DNA of 63,331 nucleotides, counting the filler, from Chrysochromulina tobinii (taxonomy: Eukaryota), in assembly GCA_001275005.1 (NCBI GenBank). It is 4 parts of 4 records of this genome, joined end to end, with 100 filler letters (N's around TTAATTAATTAA, not from the genome) between each part and the next. Parts side by side here need not be neighbours in the genome. Positions count along the whole stretch, not along the records: positions 36,721 to 58,176 come from JWZX01000623.1; positions 58,277 to 63,331 come from JWZX01000629.1; 2 more parts are not named here. One strand, 5' to 3'. Made by a program: the position numbers and the translations under genes. The notes beneath the pieces were generated by a model that saw nothing but the letters and a program-made list of their open reading frames with translations, had not been told where the DNA came from and made no database searches. Below, in pieces: positions 49,362-59,231 of the stretch; the stretch's first letter is position 1; every line of letters begins with the position of its first letter.

Positions 49362-51317
49362 ATGTACTGGCGTGTCCCCGTTCAACCCTCTCTGGTCTTT
49401 GAGAAAGGGTCAGTTGAATCGACACACAAGGTACCGACCAGCCTTTGCCACAGGAAAAGGTCAGCTTATGAACCTTTTTCGGAATGCGAGCCTGCAATGC
49501 GAGCCATGCACACACCGCCGGGGTCGTCGCTCTGTTCGCTGGCCGAGGAGCTCATGCAGCGACCGTTAAGCTATTTTATGCGTAGCTCGCAGCCACACGC
49601 TGCCAACAGCATCACGATCCTCGGCGAGCGGCAGCAGCTGGCGCCGCTCTCGGACGCGCTGTGGCAGGCGGCGAATCACTCGCTTGCCGAGCTGGATGTG
49701 GCCCACCTGAATCGCGCCATGTTGCTCAATGCGCCGTCTGATCACTGGCACGGGCTCGTCAGTCGGCCCAGAGGCGGCGCGGTGCCACAGCCCGATCAGC
49801 CCATCCCCATCGCGGTCCTCGGTACGTCTCCCACGTCTGGCTGTGGAGCCGCGGAAGACGTCCTTCAGCTGAAGCGTAATCGGACCGTCTTCGACGCCGA
49901 CGAGCTCGCTTGCGAGAGCGATCGCGGCTGGGCGCGCCTCTTCCTCGATAATGTGAAGGACCTCCTCGCCACGCATCGGGTACCCGCGCCGCTTGAAGCG
50001 GCCATCTGGTTCAAGAATGCGGTGGGGGCGTCCTATTTTGGGCAGTGCACCGAGCGCTTCGTGCATCCGGAGACGCGCATCGTGCTGCTTGAGGTGGGCT
50101 GTTCCGTCTGGGGCGCCAATCTGATCGATCTTCTACGCAGACTTCGCGCACACGCGCCGCGCGCCGCCATCGCGTTCGTCATGTGGGCCGACCAGCGGAT
50201 GTTTCACTCGAAGCTCGTAGATGCCGAGTCGAACGCGGCGAAGCGGATTCGCGAGGCGGCGAAGCAGGAGCACGCGGACATCGTGGACATCTCTTCACTC
50301 CTGGTCTCCCTCTACCAAAAGGGCTGCCACGAGGAGCCCTGCTTCTACCAAAGGGCGACCAACCGCACCGAAAGGGTTTCCTTTTTTGGGCGATGGTATG
50401 CGCAGGGCGGTAAGGATACCATCCACCCGTCGCCCTTCGGCCATGCGCTGACCGCCGCGGCCGCCGCACGTTATCTGGTGCTGCAGCTGCTGCGGCCCGC
50501 GTGCTCGAAGGCCATCAACGCTTCTCGCGCACAGGAGGGGTCCAACCGACGTTGCTCACCCCACATGATGCATCGATCCAAATTAGGCTCTCCCGAGCAT
50601 CGGAGCTGTGCGCCCATCTCGGCGCCCATGCCAGCTGTAGGGCAGCAGGCGTGTTACGAGCGTGCCGACCGGCTGCCATTCGACAGCCGCAACGCGAGCA
50701 GCTGGACGCTGGTCGACGAGGGCGGCGTGAAGCGAGTCCCAAAGCTAGGGTTGGTCTCGACGTCAGTGGGCGCCGAACTGCGCCTCGGGCCGCTGCAGCC
50801 GCTCTACCATGGCAACAGCTCGGTCGGTTGCACGATGATCCGTGTGGACCTGGGGTACTTGAGGAGCAGCCGCCCGGGTATGGGGACGCTCCAGCTCTCG
50901 TGCGACTCGGGATGCCTGTGCAACCAAGTCTACGACCCGTACGCGTCGTCCTTGTACCCCTTCCCACAAGTGGAGACGGCTGCGGCGGCGACCAACCTAC
51001 ACGGCGAAGGACGCAACGTCAGCGTGACCGAGACGACAAGCTTCATGCTGCTGCATGACGGCGCCGGGGCTCCGTGCTTTGTGAGTGTGCGGCACGCGCT
51101 GGCACGTGACGCGTCGGCGCGCTCCCCCTCCCGCGTGCGCGTCGATAGCCTTAGCATGAGACCCCTCGATGTCTTCGAGTTGGTGCTGGCGAACCACAGG
51201 CGCATCTGGGCGCATCACCGTACGGCCGCCGCTCGCTTTGACAGCAAGCTCTTCTACGCAAGGGCCGCCCGATGCTCTCGGAACGGATCGCTCGGTACTG
51301 AGCTGCTTACGTGTTAG
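49362..51317 (+). CDS. SGNH/GDSL-like hydrolase domain protein
   Basis: IAVLGTSPTSGCG (block I), IVLLE, DTIHPSPFGH (block V DxxH); Cys-rich beta C-terminal region. Confidence 0.65.
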   Translation: MYWRVPVQPSLVFEKGSVESTHKVPTSLCHRKRSAYEPFSECEPAMRAMHTPPGSSLCSLAEELMQRPLSYFMRSSQPHAANSITILGERQQLAPLSDALWQAANHSLAELDVAHLNRAMLLNAPSDHWHGLVSRPRGGAVPQPDQPIPIAVLGTSPTSGCGAAEDVLQLKRNRTVFDADELACESDRGWARLFLDNVKDLLATHRVPAPLEAAIWFKNAVGASYFGQCTERFVHPETRIVLLEVGCSVWGANLIDLLRRLRAHAPRAAIAFVMWADQRMFHSKLVDAESNAAKRIREAAKQEHADIVDISSLLVSLYQKGCHEEPCFYQRATNRTERVSFFGRWYAQGGKDTIHPSPFGHALTAAAAARYLVLQLLRPACSKAINASRAQEGSNRRCSPHMMHRSKLGSPEHRSCAPISAPMPAVGQQACYERADRLPFDSRNASSWTLVDEGGVKRVPKLGLVSTSVGAELRLGPLQPLYHGNSSVGCTMIRVDLGYLRSSRPGMGTLQLSCDSGCLCNQVYDPYASSLYPFPQVETAAAATNLHGEGRNVSVTETTSFMLLHDGAGAPCFVSVRHALARDASARSPSRVRVDSLSMRPLDVFELVLANHRRIWAHHRTAAARFDSKLFYARAARCSRNGSLGTELLTC

Positions 51318-51329
51318 TGTGACGGCTTG

Positions 51330-51896
51330 ATGGCCGGCACGAGGGCCGTTGCGGACTTTCTCAAGGTTTCCCTGCTTGAGTTGTGCGAGCAGGCGAGCTC
51401 TGTGGAGGGCGTCGAGGACCTCATCAGGGAGGAAGAAGAGAGCGTGAGGAATTATGACCGCACAGCTGTACGTGGACACTTCAATACGAGCAGTGGCCGA
51501 GGGCAAGGCTTCTGTGAGGTGACCACAGAGAATGATGCTGGCCAGTGCGCGTCGAGTGAGACCCGCACAGCAACCAAGCAGGGCTCGTGGTCGATGCCAT
51601 CCCTGCGAGCATGTGTCAAGCGGTGCACCCAGTGCCAGGCCTGCAGATTCGTTTCCTTCAGCCCGATCAACTACGACTGCTCGTGGTTCCATGACTGCGA
51701 CATCATGCGGCTGCAGACGATGCCAGGCGTCTCTGAGGCGCACGGATGGTCGTTTACGACGGTGGCAGTCAAGGGGCCTCATCGTCGCTCCATCGGCGCC
51801 AGCCGTGCCAGTCATGTGCGAGCGGTCAGTCATCTTTACGAGAACGACAAAGCCCTCCTTACGAGGAAGCCGAAGCACGATCTGCGGCAAGATTGA
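51330..51896 (+). CDS. Small Cys-rich PAN/Apple-like protein
   Basis: GFCEVT...C...GSW...CVKRCTQCQACRFVSFS...DCSWFHDC. Confidence 0.6.
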   Translation: MAGTRAVADFLKVSLLELCEQASSVEGVEDLIREEEESVRNYDRTAVRGHFNTSSGRGQGFCEVTTENDAGQCASSETRTATKQGSWSMPSLRACVKRCTQCQACRFVSFSPINYDCSWFHDCDIMRLQTMPGVSEAHGWSFTTVAVKGPHRRSIGASRASHVRAVSHLYENDKALLTRKPKHDLRQD

Positions 51897-52374
51897 AGGT
51901 GCACCCGGCGAGGCCGGATAATCTGGCATCCGTACTGCACATGACAGACTCTTGGATACTTCATTAACACATCATTCATGGTGTTCAAAGGTATTCGAAG
52001 ACTTTATCCGGATAGTACGCGTACAACGTAGTGCTGCACCACGTAGTTTAAGATTTAGTACGAGTTTCGTCCCGACACTTTGCTAGTTCGGTCGGGTACG
52101 TTCAAAAGCCTAAATATATAGCGCGGCGACAATCGCTACAATGCAACGCTACGGGTTTTTGCACCGCACGCTGTGGCCCTTGATTAAACCGAACTTATGA
52201 TGGCACTCCATCTTCCGTTCCATGATTGTCGCCGCAAGGCCAGTAGAATGTAGCACAATGCGCTATGGACTGACCCTGACCGAGTGCAAGTGACACGCTC
52301 GAATGCCCCGGCGTACTCCAGTTGCCTCTCCGGACCAGGTCATGAGGGAGAAAGTCATTCGTCCAGACCAGACT

Positions 52375-55300
52375 TCACTCGTCCAGACCATGGTTGGCTT
52401 CGATGTACGCTTCGTGGTACGCACGAAGATATTCCTCGTCGTCGCTCACGCTACTCGTCTCGCTAAAGCACTCGCTCCACGGCGGCGAGGGCGGCAGGGC
52501 GGCGAGGGTGGCGGCAGCGGCGGCGGTAGCGGCAGCGGCGGCGGCGGCGGCGGCGGCGCTGGCGGCGGCGTCAGTGGCGGCGGCGGCGGCGGCGCTGGTG
52601 CTGAGACGGAGGAGCTCTCGCGGCTGCGCATGGAGCTCGAGCAGCTCGACGACGAGATCGACATCTCGCTTCGTCATCCCGCTGTCGAGAGCTGTGAGGA
52701 CCAGCACCTGGACCAGCGCTAACAACTCGGCCGCCATCATCTCGGCCGCCGCCGCCTTCTCAGCCGCTGCCGCCTCCTCGGCCGCTGCCGCCTTCTCGGC
52801 CGCTGCCGCCTTCTCGGCTGCTGCGGCCGCCTTCTCGGCCGCTGTGGCCGCCTTCTCGACGGCCGCTATTGCCTCGGCCGCCGCCACTGCCTCGGCCGCC
52901 GCCACTGCCTCGGCGGCCGCAACCACTTTAGCCGCAGCCCTCTCAGCTGCCTCCTTCTCGGCTGCCGCCTTCTCGGCCAGCGCCGCAACTTCCTCTGACA
53001 CCGCCGCCTTTCCAGCCGCCTCTTTTTCGGCTGCCGCCTTCAGGGCCGCCACTTCCACAGTCACCACCTTCTCGACCGCCAACGCCTCGGCTGCTTCTGT
53101 ATGTTCCTGCTCCTTCCTCGGCTTCAACCAAGCCGCCCTCGCCGCCATAGGGTTCAGCCGAACGACGCTGCCTTGTAGCTGGAGCCACGCGCCCTGGACC
53201 AGGCGCTTCGACTTGCGCCTCGCAGACGCGGGGTCCTTTGCACTTGGAGCACTGCCCTTGTCGACAGCAACTGCTTGGTACGGGGCGGACCTTGCAGCCG
53301 TGCTGAGCGACGTTGTGAATCGCCAGGGCTTCGTCGTGGGAAAGGGTGGATTGAGCTGCGACAAGCTCCGGCTAGACGATCCAGCACGCCAACGCGAGGT
53401 GAACAACGTAGGTAGGCTCCACGCTCGTTCAAGCCTCTGAAACTCCTTTGCTGACACGTTCTCGGATGTCACCTTCCCTGAGTCCAGCCTCCCTGAGTCC
53501 AGCCTCCCTGAGTCCTCGGTCGAGCCCGATGAGGGGGAGGGGGTGAAAGGGGATGTGGGAGGGGTCGAATCTAGGTCCCTTCGCAGCGAGAGGACCAGCT
53601 GTGCATCGAGCCAGTGCATTTGGCAGCTCCGCGCCTCTGCTGAGAGGGGGGAGCAGCGGTTGCCTGAGTGGAGGGCTTCTGTAGAGGGCAGCGGCTGGCC
53701 GAGTGAAGAGGGCACCGGCTGCCTGAGAGGGGGGCTTGTGAACGGCTCCACTACGACGGGCGAAGCGATTGTCTGCTTGGCGCCTGTGAACGATCGCCTG
53801 TGAACAATCGCCTGCTTGGTGAGGGTGTCGTCCGGTAAGCAGCCCCGAGGGTGGGCAACGCTGATGGCGCCCGATGAGAGCCGCGCCTCAGGTAAAGCAG
53901 GTGAGGAAGTGGCAGCGGCAGCGGCGGCAGTGTCGGTGTCAGCCGCTGGCATGGTGGCTGATGTGGGGGCGGCGCTGGGAGGGGCGTTGCTGTCAGGCGC
54001 TGCACTGGCAGCCCCGATTGCGGAAGCATAGGCGCGGATGAGAGCGGAGACGGTGGGCTGATGGGCAGCCGGTCTCGTGGCAAAGGGCAAAGGTGGCATG
54101 CTCGGCACGGGCTCGGAGCTCGGCACGGGCTCGGAGCTCGGCACGGGCTCGGAGCTCGGCACGGGCTCGGAGCTCGGCGCCGGAGTCGAGACGGATTTCG
54201 CGACCGCCTCTGCAGTGGCAGACGGACGAAGGTGCAGAGCGTTGGTTGCGAGTCGCACCTTCTCGTTGAGCATAGCAGTCTGGTAGGGAGAGAGCGGCAG
54301 CTTGCGGGCGAGCTCGTACATCCGGAGGGCGTCTTCGTACTCGCACAGCTTGAGGTGCATGTTGCCCGCGCTGATCCAGTAGTTGGGCTTCAAACAGTCG
54401 AGATGCACCGCATGATGAAAGCTGAGCAGCGCGCTTCGGAAGTCGCCCTTGTCATTGAGCGTCATACCCTCGCGAGCCATCGTGAGCGCCTCCAAAGTGC
54501 GCGGGTGTGAACTCATCGATGAACTCATCGATGGCCTCTCCCCCATCCAATCAACACCACGTGAGGTATGATGCAGCCCCTGGCGCAGCAGCTCCGCCTC
54601 GGCGCTGCCCGAGAACGGGACTGAGTTCGAAAACGGAGAAACGTTGCGGAGTCGCTCGGTGGCGGGCGGCGAAGGCGACGAGGCGGCACAGCGGGCGGCT
54701 TGAGAGACGATTGGTGCCGTGTTGATGGCGTCCGACCCCCAAGACACTCGTCGCACGGCACGCACTGCATCGTCTCGAATGAGCCGCGCTTCGGGCACCA
54801 GCTCACTGCCCTCCGCGGGCGCAGCGGTGGGGCCGGGATCGGCGGCACACTCGCCGGCAGCGGTGGCGGCGCTGAACGTCGCGGATTCGGCGGCCCTCAT
54901 CCTGTGGGCGCGCCACGCAGTCTGCACGTGCGTGCATGCGGCTTCTTCAAGCGGCCGCATGGTCTCCGCCTCCAGCGCCTTGGCATGGAAAGCGTCGCTT
55001 AGCTCCGCCGACGCTCCTAGGCGCTTGGCTCGCAGCCAGCCGACGAAGGTGCTAGAGACGAAGCCCTCGTCCAAGGGGTCGAAAGGAGGGCCTGGGGACG
55101 CGAGAGGATACCCGCGAAGGCTAGCCATGATGGAATGCGGGCTCGTTGTCGAAGAAGTTGGGCCAGAAGGGATCTCAGATGGCGTCACCGGCTCATTCGG
55201 ACGTTTGAACGGCAGCACTGGGATCGGCGATGGCAGAGATGGCGATGGTAGAGATGGCAGTGGGATCCCACCCTGCGGCTCCTGCACCACATGTACCCGC

Positions 55301-56301
55301 GCCGCCGCCTCGACATCTTGTGCCTCATGGCTCAGTTGGTCTATGAGGAATCCGATGGCAACTTCGACCGCTTCCGTTTTGGCGGCCGCCTCGGCGCGCA
55401 TCTGCTCCATCGCGCTCGCGCTCGCGGCCAGCTGCTCCTCGAGGCGCCAGATTGCCGCGGCCACGGTGGAAGAGGTAGCCTCCGCTCGCAACTCCGACCG
55501 AGCCTCCACCGCCTCCACCGCCTCCACCGCCTCCACCGCCTCCACCGCCTCCACCGCCTCCACCGCCTCCACCGCCTCCACTGCCTCCACCACCTCCACC
55601 GCCTCCACCGCCTCCACTGCCTTTACCGCCTTTACCGCCTTTACCGCCGCCGCGCTGTCTGCCTCCGCCACCGCCCGCCCCCCTCCGGAGGCCGCATGCT
55701 GCTCGCAGAGCGCCGCATCGAGCGCACGTTCCAGCTTCTCAACCGGCGAGCGCTTGGCCTGGTTGGATACACGTGCGCGCTTAAGCCGCAAGGCGAGGAC
55801 GTCAGCAGGCGGCAGGGGAAGACGCGGGTGCTTTGTCGGACTTTTGTCGTCGACCCGAAGGTCTTCATCATCAACGCAGGCGCGGCGCGTAAGCGGGATG
55901 AATTGAGTGAGCGCAGCCCGTTGCTGCTCGACCTGCCCCAAAAAATGCTTCAGCCTTGAGGCACGAGTCCGCACGTGCCCAAGTGCCGTCTTGAGGTGAG
56001 CCTCGCGCCTAAGCACTGTTGCAAGCTGGTCTTCGAGCGGGACTGCACCCGATTTGCGTTCCTCGGCCTCTGATTCCTCTTGGCTGACATCGATGCTCCA
56101 TGCCATGTTGATTTTCGTTGCCATCCATTCAATTGCATCCGCATGAGTCTCGCCGTCTGCGGAGGTGAAGGAGTCTTCATTCTCCAGGCTTGTGAGCTTC
56201 ATTCCGCCCGACAAGCAGTGGTGGCGCACGCGAGTCTCACGTGATGCGAATGCCGCACCAGCTGCGATAGCCATCGGCATGGTGGCCGCTGCGTTAGCCA
56301 T
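52375..56301 (-). CDS. Low-complexity protein with IQ-like motif and TPR pair
   Basis: VQTAWRAHRMR; GDFRSALLSFHHA...NYWISAGNMHLKLCEYEDALRMYELA; (AVE)n, (SSEPVP)n and (AEKAAA)n repeats. Confidence 0.65.
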   Translation of the reverse strand: MANAAATMPMAIAAGAAFASRETRVRHHCLSGGMKLTSLENEDSFTSADGETHADAIEWMATKINMAWSIDVSQEESEAEERKSGAVPLEDQLATVLRREAHLKTALGHVRTRASRLKHFLGQVEQQRAALTQFIPLTRRACVDDEDLRVDDKSPTKHPRLPLPPADVLALRLKRARVSNQAKRSPVEKLERALDAALCEQHAASGGGRAVAEADSAAAVKAVKAVKAVEAVEAVEVVEAVEAVEAVEAVEAVEAVEAVEAVEAVEARSELRAEATSSTVAAAIWRLEEQLAASASAMEQMRAEAAAKTEAVEVAIGFLIDQLSHEAQDVEAAARVHVVQEPQGGIPLPSLPSPSLPSPIPVLPFKRPNEPVTPSEIPSGPTSSTTSPHSIMASLRGYPLASPGPPFDPLDEGFVSSTFVGWLRAKRLGASAELSDAFHAKALEAETMRPLEEAACTHVQTAWRAHRMRAAESATFSAATAAGECAADPGPTAAPAEGSELVPEARLIRDDAVRAVRRVSWGSDAINTAPIVSQAARCAASSPSPPATERLRNVSPFSNSVPFSGSAEAELLRQGLHHTSRGVDWMGERPSMSSSMSSHPRTLEALTMAREGMTLNDKGDFRSALLSFHHAVHLDCLKPNYWISAGNMHLKLCEYEDALRMYELARKLPLSPYQTAMLNEKVRLATNALHLRPSATAEAVAKSVSTPAPSSEPVPSSEPVPSSEPVPSSEPVPSMPPLPFATRPAAHQPTVSALIRAYASAIGAASAAPDSNAPPSAAPTSATMPAADTDTAAAAAATSSPALPEARLSSGAISVAHPRGCLPDDTLTKQAIVHRRSFTGAKQTIASPVVVEPFTSPPLRQPVPSSLGQPLPSTEALHSGNRCSPLSAEARSCQMHWLDAQLVLSLRRDLDSTPPTSPFTPSPSSGSTEDSGRLDSGRLDSGKVTSENVSAKEFQRLERAWSLPTLFTSRWRAGSSSRSLSQLNPPFPTTKPWRFTTSLSTAARSAPYQAVAVDKGSAPSAKDPASARRKSKRLVQGAWLQLQGSVVRLNPMAARAAWLKPRKEQEHTEAAEALAVEKVVTVEVAALKAAAEKEAAGKAAVSEEVAALAEKAAAEKEAAERAAAKVVAAAEAVAAAEAVAAAEAIAAVEKAATAAEKAAAAAEKAAAAEKAAAAEEAAAAEKAAAAEMMAAELLALVQVLVLTALDSGMTKRDVDLVVELLELHAQPRELLRLSTSAAAAAATDAAASAAAAAAAAAATAAAAATLAALPPSPPWSECFSETSSVSDDEEYLRAYHEAYIEANHGLDE

Positions 56302-56473
56302 CGGGACGCGTTTAAATGGGGGATTGACGAACTCAGCTTGAAAATTACGCAGGCAACGGAATACGAGCGCATGCAATGCCAAGAATGGCGATGAGTCCGA
56401 GGGGGGCTTCAGGTTTCGTTCTTCACAGGTTATCGGTTTGGCGCTCGTGTTCGGGCACCCTCATGCCGAGGGG

Positions 56474-57841
56474 ATGCGCCCGGCCCACGCGGTGCTCCTC
56501 TTGGCGTGCGTAGCGTGCATCGTGCTGGTGCAGATCAAAGTCACGACGCCCTCTAACTCGAGTGTTCGATGTCCGCAGCCACAGCAGCTCGCTACCAGCC
56601 GTGCGCCCACGCCGCCGCCGTCATCAGCACCGCCGCCACCGCCACCGTCGCCGCTGCGGAGCGAACCCGACGAATGCTACACGTTTGAGCACACCGAGAT
56701 GGCCGGTGGGGGCGTTGTGGGCGGCGGCGCGCGCCTCAAGCTTGAAAGCGCGCGCGCGTGCTGCGAGGCGTGCCGTGCCCACAACAGGGCGCAGCCGCGG
56801 CCACGAGGCCGCCTTAACTGCACGACGTGGGTGTACAATCACGATGCGGCGCACCCGCAGGCGCGCGAGTGCTGGTTCAAGCGACACGAGAGCCCATGGG
56901 CAGACGTCGAGCTCCTTGCCAACGGCTCGCGCTCTTGGACCACCGGGCTCGTGCTCACGCCGCCGCCGCGCGTTGCGGGCGTCGCGCCAACGTCGCGCTC
57001 GTGCGGCGACGGCCGGTGGCGCCGCCTGGCCGAGAACGTCGCCGGCCCCCTCTACCACCATCCGCGGGTTGCGGGCGTCCATGCCGACGAGATCTCCCTC
57101 TGCCCGCCGGTGTACGCGCACGAGGCGCACTTGGCGCTCGCCTTCGGCCCACTCGCATACGACGGCGGCGCCAGCAGCGTAGGCTCGGCTCCGGGCGCAA
57201 GGGTGGGCGCGGGCACGGGCGCGGGCGCGGGCGCGGGCGCGAGCGCGGCGGATGCGGGCGCGGCGGCGGTCGTACGCATACGGCTCAATCACGGTACGTG
57301 CCCCTTAGCCGCCGCGTGGCTCGATGCTTTACTCGACGCGGGCACGTGTGCCAACCTGACGCGCGCCGCGTGTGCGCCGCACTGCTGTCACATGTATCGC
57401 GCCGAAGCGGTCATGGGCAAGCACCGGCTGCGTGACGCGCTGTACCGGGCGCATGGCTACGATCCGGCGCACCCGCCGCGCTGGGGCGTCGATTATTGGT
57501 GGGGGCCTCCGTATGCCTTCGTGCAGGGGCGACTGTGGCACGGCGGGCCGGCGCCATGGACGTCGACCTCGACCGCGTTGCCTTCCGAGGGAGAGCTGCC
57601 AACCCTGCACCGTGGCACCGTCGAGCTCGTCGGCGGCGGGCCTGACTTTCTGATCGCGCTCGCCGACCACCCGATGATGCCGCCGCACAATGCCTTTGGG
57701 CATGTGGTGACGGAGGACATGCCTTTGCTCGATGCGCTGGTCGAGCGCCGGCCACTCGTAGTGCAGAATTGGGGCGCGATCAATGCGACCGTCTTTGAGA
57801 CGCCCGTGCCCTTCGCGCTGCGACGCTTATCAAGGGTCTAG
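56474..57841 (+). CDS. Type II membrane protein with Apple/PAN domain and divergent cyclophilin-like domain
   Basis: Signal anchor; CCEAC...C..WVY.....CWFK; YRAE, GPPYAFVQG, GPDFLIALADH, FGHV. Confidence 0.65.
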   Translation: MRPAHAVLLLACVACIVLVQIKVTTPSNSSVRCPQPQQLATSRAPTPPPSSAPPPPPPSPLRSEPDECYTFEHTEMAGGGVVGGGARLKLESARACCEACRAHNRAQPRPRGRLNCTTWVYNHDAAHPQARECWFKRHESPWADVELLANGSRSWTTGLVLTPPPRVAGVAPTSRSCGDGRWRRLAENVAGPLYHHPRVAGVHADEISLCPPVYAHEAHLALAFGPLAYDGGASSVGSAPGARVGAGTGAGAGAGASAADAGAAAVVRIRLNHGTCPLAAAWLDALLDAGTCANLTRAACAPHCCHMYRAEAVMGKHRLRDALYRAHGYDPAHPPRWGVDYWWGPPYAFVQGRLWHGGPAPWTSTSTALPSEGELPTLHRGTVELVGGGPDFLIALADHPMMPPHNAFGHVVTEDMPLLDALVERRPLVVQNWGAINATVFETPVPFALRRLSRV

Positions 57842-58176
57842 ATGACTTATGTGTCGGCTTTTTGAACCCGCTGTCGACGGGCTGGCCACAGGAATGATGG
57901 CGTTTGTGCTCGACCGGCAATTATAATCAGAGAGAGTCGGGTACAATAGGGGGGGGGGCGTCGAGGCCGTCGCGTTCAAATTTAGTCGGGGCCGCAAAGA
58001 GCGCGACCCGCCCCAGGCCCCCAATAACTCTAGTGAACGAGGCGGAGGAAATGTAAAATTGCGACCCGTCGACCGCGGCGCCTCTTCCGTAGGAAGGTCC
58101 CACACACCAACCCAACGTAACACACCATCCCAACGCGTTCGCACAGCGAAAGAAAATTTCGCTCTGCTCTGGAGCA

Positions 58177-58276
58177 NNNNNNNNNNNNNNNNNNNNNNNN
58201 NNNNNNNNNNNNNNNNNNNNTTAATTAATTAANNNNNNNNNNNNNNNNNNNNNNNNNNNNNNNNNNNNNNNNNNNN
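58177..58276. other. Assembly gap with linker
   Basis: N-run, TTAATTAATTAA, N-run. Confidence 0.98.
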
Positions 58277-58920
58277 GCTGCTCGCCGACGTGCGCGTGCT
58301 GCTGCTCGCCGCGGCGTGCGTGCTGCTGCTGCTCGCCGCCGCGTGCGTGCGAGTGCTGGTGCTGCTGCTGCTGCCGCCACCGCCGCTCGCCATAAGACTG
58401 CGTCGTTGCCGACTCCCGACTGTCGCGTGACGACGGTCCTCCGACATCAGCTGCGCCAGCCGAGCTACCGCCGCCGAGTCGTCCACGCCGAGCGGGACCA
58501 TCGGCAGCAGGCGGCAGCACGCGACCCACCGTCCGCCGGGCGCAAGGCTATCCGGCTCCGTTATGCAAAACGTGGTGAGCAGTTCTGGCGAGAAGGGCAC
58601 CTCGAACTGCTCGCCGTGCGACACGACCCTGCGCGTGGCCGCGTCAAGCAGTGTGGCGCACGCTTCTCCCGAGAACCCCATGCAGTATGCCTCGTACTCC
58701 AGTGAATAGTTGACCTACCCCCGGTCTTTGCCATGGATGTGGACGTGAATTTCTTGCGCCGCCTGCCCCAAGCTCTGGTACTGGCGGCCCTTGAGCTTGG
58801 GGCAGGGATGGCGCAGTGGAGTAGACCTCGGTCAGGCCGTAGCGGAAAAAGTCGAAGGAGTGCACCTGCAGCACGATGAGAGAGCGGCCATGCTCGCGGA
58901 GATGGAGGAAGACGCGCCGC
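58277..58920 (-). pseudogene. Disrupted unknown coding sequence
   Basis: Protein-like text RVFLHLREHG...YSTAPSLP, frameshift, KLKGRQYQ...GKDRG*VNYSLEYEAYCMGF..., running into the gap. Confidence 0.35.
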
Positions 58921-59231
58921 CTTTATCAGGGCACGACGCAGCTCCTCGCGAGCTGCTCCGCTAGCGTTGAAATTAGCCGTTCATTTGTTAATTTGGTTTT
59001 TTCTCGATCCATTAGTTGGTACCAGAAGTTCGGGGTTCGTCACTAACATTGTGGGTTCTGTGCGTATTCGAAATAGGTGTTTTCTTGAGTGGAAGACTGG
59101 TGGAAGGCCCGCGTCTTGCGGTTCACATACCGTTTCGCGGGCAATCATCGACCAATTGCGTGGGCCGCATGTTTTTCGGTGTCTCCGAAACGCCTTCAAA
59201 AGTAACGTCAAGACGCCGTTCTTTTGGCCAC

